Below are positions 24,618 through 27,852 of a stretch of DNA of 27,852 bases, piece after piece. Made by a program: the position numbers and the translations under genes. Numbering within the stretch: position 1 is the stretch's first letter; each line of letters opens with the position of its first letter. The notes beneath the pieces are model-generated. The model was given only the letters and a program-made list of their open reading frames with translations, was not told the origin of the DNA and made no database searches. Where the stretch lies: positions 1-27,852 of IMG/VR virus record IMGVR_UViG_3300020469_000203, one strand, 5' to 3'. This DNA comes from a virus. Taxonomy: Duplodnaviria > Caudoviricetes.

Positions 24618-26475
24618 ACCTTTACAGGTACCAATGTTTCAACCTACTACGGACTGGGTTCCTCCAGTTCTATTAGGTTTAGATTTATCTTCAGCTAACG
24701 AAATAGCAATCGATTTAGAAACACGTGATCCGAATCTAATGACAATGGGTTCTGGAGCAGTACGTGGAGACGGAGAAGTAATAGGTATTGCTGTTGCTGT
24801 TGATGGTTGGAAAGGCTATTTACCTTTTGCACACGAAGACAAGAGAGGTTGCTTAGGAAAAAAAACTTGTCTTAAATGGTTTCAAACTATTTTAGATTTA
24901 CCTGCAGATAAAATATTTCACAATGCAATGTATGATGTGTCTTGGATAAGGTCCATGGGATTAAAAATTAGCGGACGTATTATTGATACTATGATTGCAG
25001 CTTCTTTAATAGATGAGAATAGAAGAAGTTTTACTTTAGACTCTGTTGCAAGAGAATATGCTGGAGTAAGAAAAGATGAGTCTTTATTAAGAGAAGCGGC
25101 TAAAGATTGGGGAGTAAATCCTAAGTCTGAAATGTGGAGACTACCTGCACCATTTGTAGGTAAGTATGCTGAACAAGATGCTGAAGCAACTTTAAAAGTT
25201 TGGCACGCATTAAAAAAAGAATTAGACAGCCAAGAATTATGGCAGGTATTTAATTTAGAAACAGATTTGTTTCCGTGTTTAGTAGACATGAAGTTTAAAG
25301 GAGTAAGAGTTGATCTAGAAAAGGCAGAATCAACTAGAAAATATTTAAAGAGTGAAGAGAAAAAAACCAGGACTGAACTCAAAAAACTGTGTGGTAAAGA
25401 TGTAGAGATTTGGTCAGCTGCTTCTATTGCTGAAGCTTTTGAAAAGCTTAATATTTCTTTTGATAGAACTGATAAAGGCGCGCCTAGTTTTACTAAAAAC
25501 TTTTTAGCAACCCATCCTGATAAGTTTGCAAGAACTTTAGTTCATTGTAGGGAGTTAGATAAAATGAATTCTACTTTTATACAAACTATTTTAAAACATG
25601 AACACAAGGGTCGTATACATGCTGATATAAACCAAATACGTAGTGATGATGGTGGAACAGTAACAGGTAGATTTAGTTATTCTAATCCAAACTTACAACA
25701 AATTCCAGCACGGCATAAAATACTAGGACCTATGTTGCGTTCAATATTTATTCCGGAAGAAAATTGTACCTGGGGTTGTTTTGATTACTCACAACAAGAG
25801 CCTAGAATATTAGTACACTATGCACATAAGATGCACATGGAAGGTGCTAGTACAATTGTTGATGCGTATAACAAAGGTGAAGCTGATTTTCATCAAATGA
25901 TTGCGGACATGGCTGGCATAGAACGTAAACAAGCCAAGACCATTAACTTAGGTATTATGTATGGTATGGGTAAAAATAAACTAATGTCAGAACTAGGGCT
26001 AATGAAAGAAGATGCAGAGGATTTATTAAAAGAGTATCATCGGAACGCTCCTTTTGTTAAATTGATATCGGAACGCGTAACGCGGCAAGCAGAAGACGTA
26101 GGAAAGATAAGAACATTAGAGGGAAGGGCATGTCATTTTGATTTATGGCAACCTGATGAATTTGGTGTGTCTACACCACTGCCTCTTGAAAAAGCTAAAA
26201 AAGATTATGGTTCTTTTATAAAAAGAGCATTCACATACAAAGCTTTGAATAAATTAATACAAGGGTCAGCTGCAGATATGACTAAAAGATCTATGGTAAA
26301 TTTATATAAAGAAGGTGTTATTCCTCACATACAGGTTCATGACGAACTTGATGTTTCAGTTGAATCAGATAATCAAGCTAAAAAAATAATAGAGGTTATG
26401 GAAGCATCAGCAGAGTTATTAGTACCAAATAAAGTAGACTATGAAAAAGGACCAAGCTGGGGAGAGATAAAGTAG
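24610..26475 (+). CDS. polA: family A DNA polymerase with 3'-5' exonuclease, no 5'-3' exonuclease
   Basis: ExoI IDLET, ExoII FHNAMYD, ExoIII YAEQDA; TGRFSYSNPNLQQIP, motif A DYSQQEPR, motif B RKQAKTINLGIMYG, motif C QVHDEL. Confidence 0.97.
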   Translation: MHRPLQVPMFQPTTDWVPPVLLGLDLSSANEIAIDLETRDPNLMTMGSGAVRGDGEVIGIAVAVDGWKGYLPFAHEDKRGCLGKKTCLKWFQTILDLPADKIFHNAMYDVSWIRSMGLKISGRIIDTMIAASLIDENRRSFTLDSVAREYAGVRKDESLLREAAKDWGVNPKSEMWRLPAPFVGKYAEQDAEATLKVWHALKKELDSQELWQVFNLETDLFPCLVDMKFKGVRVDLEKAESTRKYLKSEEKKTRTELKKLCGKDVEIWSAASIAEAFEKLNISFDRTDKGAPSFTKNFLATHPDKFARTLVHCRELDKMNSTFIQTILKHEHKGRIHADINQIRSDDGGTVTGRFSYSNPNLQQIPARHKILGPMLRSIFIPEENCTWGCFDYSQQEPRILVHYAHKMHMEGASTIVDAYNKGEADFHQMIADMAGIERKQAKTINLGIMYGMGKNKLMSELGLMKEDAEDLLKEYHRNAPFVKLISERVTRQAEDVGKIRTLEGRACHFDLWQPDEFGVSTPLPLEKAKKDYGSFIKRAFTYKALNKLIQGSAADMTKRSMVNLYKEGVIPHIQVHDELDVSVESDNQAKKIIEVMEASAELLVPNKVDYEKGPSWGEIK

Positions 26476-26514
26476 TGTCGGATGTTAAAAAGGAAATTAA
26501 ACAACATCCGACAC
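26475..26514. repeat. 12-bp perfect inverted repeat immediately after polA
   Basis: GTGTCGGATGTT (26475-26486) / AACATCCGACAC (26503-26514), 16-nt A-rich loop, no U-tract downstream. Confidence 0.85.
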
Positions 26515-26559
26515 ATGAAGGTGATGAAGATACATATAAAATAAATTAAAATAAAATAT

Positions 26560-26612
26560 TGTCAAATCTTATATTTGATATATATTGTCCCATATAATAA
26601 CACAACAAGGAG
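26560..26612 (+). promoter_or_regulatory. putative promoter/operator region upstream of the RHH gene
   Basis: TCCCA-TATAAT (perfect -10 at 26593-26598) then AAGGAG RBS; no well-spaced plus-strand -35; a minus-strand TTGACA lies at 26560-26565. Confidence 0.55.
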
Positions 26613-26620
26613 AAAGAAAT

Positions 26621-26788
26621 ATGCCAGCAAACCCTAATTTTAAGTCGGTTTCTGTATCTGTAGCTACTCATAAACGTTTGGAATCATTAGCAAAAAACCA
26701 ATTTGAGGTTCCTGTTAGTATTCAAACATTGATTGATTTTCTAATAAAACAAAAAATAAAAAAGAAAATAAAACGCGACGGGTATTAA
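26621..26788 (+). CDS. ribbon-helix-helix-like DNA-binding protein (55 aa)
   Basis: FKSVSVS strand, THKRLESLAK helix and SIQTLIDFLIKQ helix; start moved from TTG 26585 to ATG 26621 because AAGGAG sits 8 nt upstream. Confidence 0.72.
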   Translation: MPANPNFKSVSVSVATHKRLESLAKNQFEVPVSIQTLIDFLIKQKIKKKIKRDGY

Positions 26789-27057
26789 TGGAAGAAGAGT
26801 TGGTTAGAACAATATGCCCACGCTGTAATGGCAACGGCTATATTCGAATTACTCCAGTAGTTGCTGGAGTGTTTGACAAAGCTAAAGAGGTTGATTGTAC
26901 AATGTGTGAAGATGTTTTTGATCATATTGGAATGAGATTATCAACCCATAATGGTTTTGTTATGTTACCAAAAAGTCAAACACGGTTAAATATTGAAGGT
27001 GGCCGTGAATCAAAAACAAAATGGTCCGGTGAAACTTTACCAGAGGTAGGTAAATGA
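26788..27057 (+). CDS. DnaJ-type zinc-finger protein
   Basis: CPRCNGNG (CxxCxGxG) plus a second CTMC; TAATG overlap. Confidence 0.78.
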   Translation: MEEELVRTICPRCNGNGYIRITPVVAGVFDKAKEVDCTMCEDVFDHIGMRLSTHNGFVMLPKSQTRLNIEGGRESKTKWSGETLPEVGK

Positions 27058-27113
27058 TGGATCCACTAAACCCGGAGGACGAATACGGATGGTTAACGAC
27101 GATGAATATGTAA
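27054..27113 (+). CDS. possible 19-aa micro-peptide MMDPLNPEDEYGWLTTMNM
   Basis: ATGA overlap with the upstream stop and GAGGT upstream; very short, so support is weak. Confidence 0.35.
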   Translation: MMDPLNPEDEYGWLTTMNM

Positions 27114-27253
27114 TATTTTTAGTTAGGGTCTCTTCATTGCGAAAAGCAGCTGAAAGAGCTAAAGACCCAGAATGGAAAAGAATGTGGGAACAAAAACTAG
27201 AGGAGTTAATAAACAATGAAGAAAATACTTACGGAACTAAAAGCGTACATTAA
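27089..27253 (+). CDS. small helical hypothetical protein (54 aa, absent from the ORF track)
   Basis: GGAGGA at 27074-27079; reads MVNDDEYVIFLVRVSSLRKAAERAKDPEWKRMWEQKLEELINNEENTYGTKSVH to TAA 27251-27253. Confidence 0.75.
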   Translation: MVNDDEYVIFLVRVSSLRKAAERAKDPEWKRMWEQKLEELINNEENTYGTKSVH

Positions 27254-27437
27254 TTTTTTACTGTCAGGACTTACAATATTTACTTGTTTAATAGTTATTA
27301 TTGTAAATTCTAGATATATTGTTAAATTAGAAAGTACAATAGACACAATGTGGCACGAGATAGTACAGGTGAAGGAGACTAATATTAGTTTATACCAATT
27401 TATCGAGGAACACGGAGATGATATTACAGGACGATAA
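27216..27437 (+). CDS. small membrane protein
   Basis: 73 aa, one N-terminal hydrophobic helix (INFLLSGLTIFTCLIVIIV) then a short coiled coil; GAGGAG RBS. Confidence 0.75.
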   Translation: MKKILTELKAYINFLLSGLTIFTCLIVIIVNSRYIVKLESTIDTMWHEIVQVKETNISLYQFIEEHGDDITGR

Positions 27438-27816
27438 AATTATGAGACATGAGATTCCGAATAGGATGATGAGTACCACTTTCACTTTACCGATCGACAA
27501 TCGTAAAGTAATTGGGATTGTAAACTATACTGCGGGTGCTGAAGGTATTACGCCGCTAGCATTTTGGGTAAAGATTAAACCAACCGATTCTTATATTGAC
27601 CGAGAACTACGCGCATCCGGTAAACTAATCTCACGCTGTCTACAACACGGTGAAGATTTAAAAGAGCTAGCAGAAACGCTATCACAAGATAATATTATTG
27701 GCCAAATGGTAAACTATTTTAATAAGAACGTAGAAGAGATTATCAGTGGTCTACAACCGAACAAAAAACAACGCATGCTGTCAACAGATCCGTATGCGTC
27801 GCAAATGAAAGAATAG
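27418..27816 (+). CDS. stand-alone TSCPD-like domain protein (NrdJ C-terminal domain relative)
   Basis: IPNR...T, GKLISRCLQHGEDLKELAETL resemble the C-terminal domain of class II ribonucleotide reductases; the start could alternatively be ATG 27442. Confidence 0.6.
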   Translation: MILQDDKIMRHEIPNRMMSTTFTLPIDNRKVIGIVNYTAGAEGITPLAFWVKIKPTDSYIDRELRASGKLISRCLQHGEDLKELAETLSQDNIIGQMVNYFNKNVEEIISGLQPNKKQRMLSTDPYASQMKE

Positions 27817-27818
27817 TT

Positions 27819-27852
27819 ATGGAAATAGAAGAACTAGAAATAGAATGGATAC
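27819..27852 (+). CDS. 5' end of a downstream ORF (partial)
   Basis: ATG two bases after the previous stop; reads MEIEELEIEWI to the window edge. Confidence 0.55.
   Translation, partial: MEIEELEIEWI

Noticed and set aside
18329-25382. Nested or antisense ORFs at 18329, 18553, 19473, 19978, 21273, 21885, 22170, 23080 and 24918
   Set aside because: They lie wholly within well-supported helicase, SSB, primase or polymerase genes and have no motifs of their own.
26585-26620. TTG-initiated extension of the RHH-like gene
   Set aside because: It overlaps the -10 box and RBS; ATG 26621 has a well-spaced AAGGAG.
27216-27437. Membrane protein as an i-spanin
   Set aside because: It is far from the lysis genes and I saw no overlapping lipoprotein (o-spanin) ORF with a lipobox.
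1-27852. Stop-codon reassignment, introns or inteins
   Set aside because: Genes tile the window almost without gaps under code 11, all three stops are used at sensible ends, and PolA and the helicases are of normal length without evident intein motifs.

Overview
An AT-rich (roughly 35% GC by eye), gene-dense segment of a tailed dsDNA phage genome, probably a marine podovirus. Gene content and order recall SAR11-associated HTVC023P-like/uvMED phages, which is an inference from memory and not a search result. Positions 1-17658 (+) are a late/structural operon: tail proteins, a fibre with a peptidase-S74 chaperone followed by a polyglycine adhesin-like protein, a tail nozzle/stabilisation protein, four probable internal (ejection) proteins including a 2262-aa giant, then a holin candidate and an M15 endolysin. 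One minus-strand SNF2 helicase converges on the lysin and shares a symmetric, overlapping bidirectional promoter with the replication operon (19173-26475, +). That operon encodes an SSB-like protein, AEP primase, UvrD helicase, PD-(D/E)XK nuclease, DUF3310 protein and a Leu762-type PolA. A tail of small genes follows (RHH regulator, DnaJ-type Zn finger, TSCPD-like protein). The most interesting signals are: (i) a tandem-HTH plus HNH-like module at the N-terminus of the giant virion protein; (ii) a recurrent hydrophobic-x-x-GG peptide tag shared by the internal proteins; (iii) a shared TCCCATATARTA promoter motif linked to an RHH gene; (iv) identical SSB-type acidic EVPF tails on the SSB and the primase; (v) a hairpin whose loop is an anti-Shine-Dalgarno. 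I saw no CRISPR array, tRNA, rRNA, integrase or reverse transcriptase.
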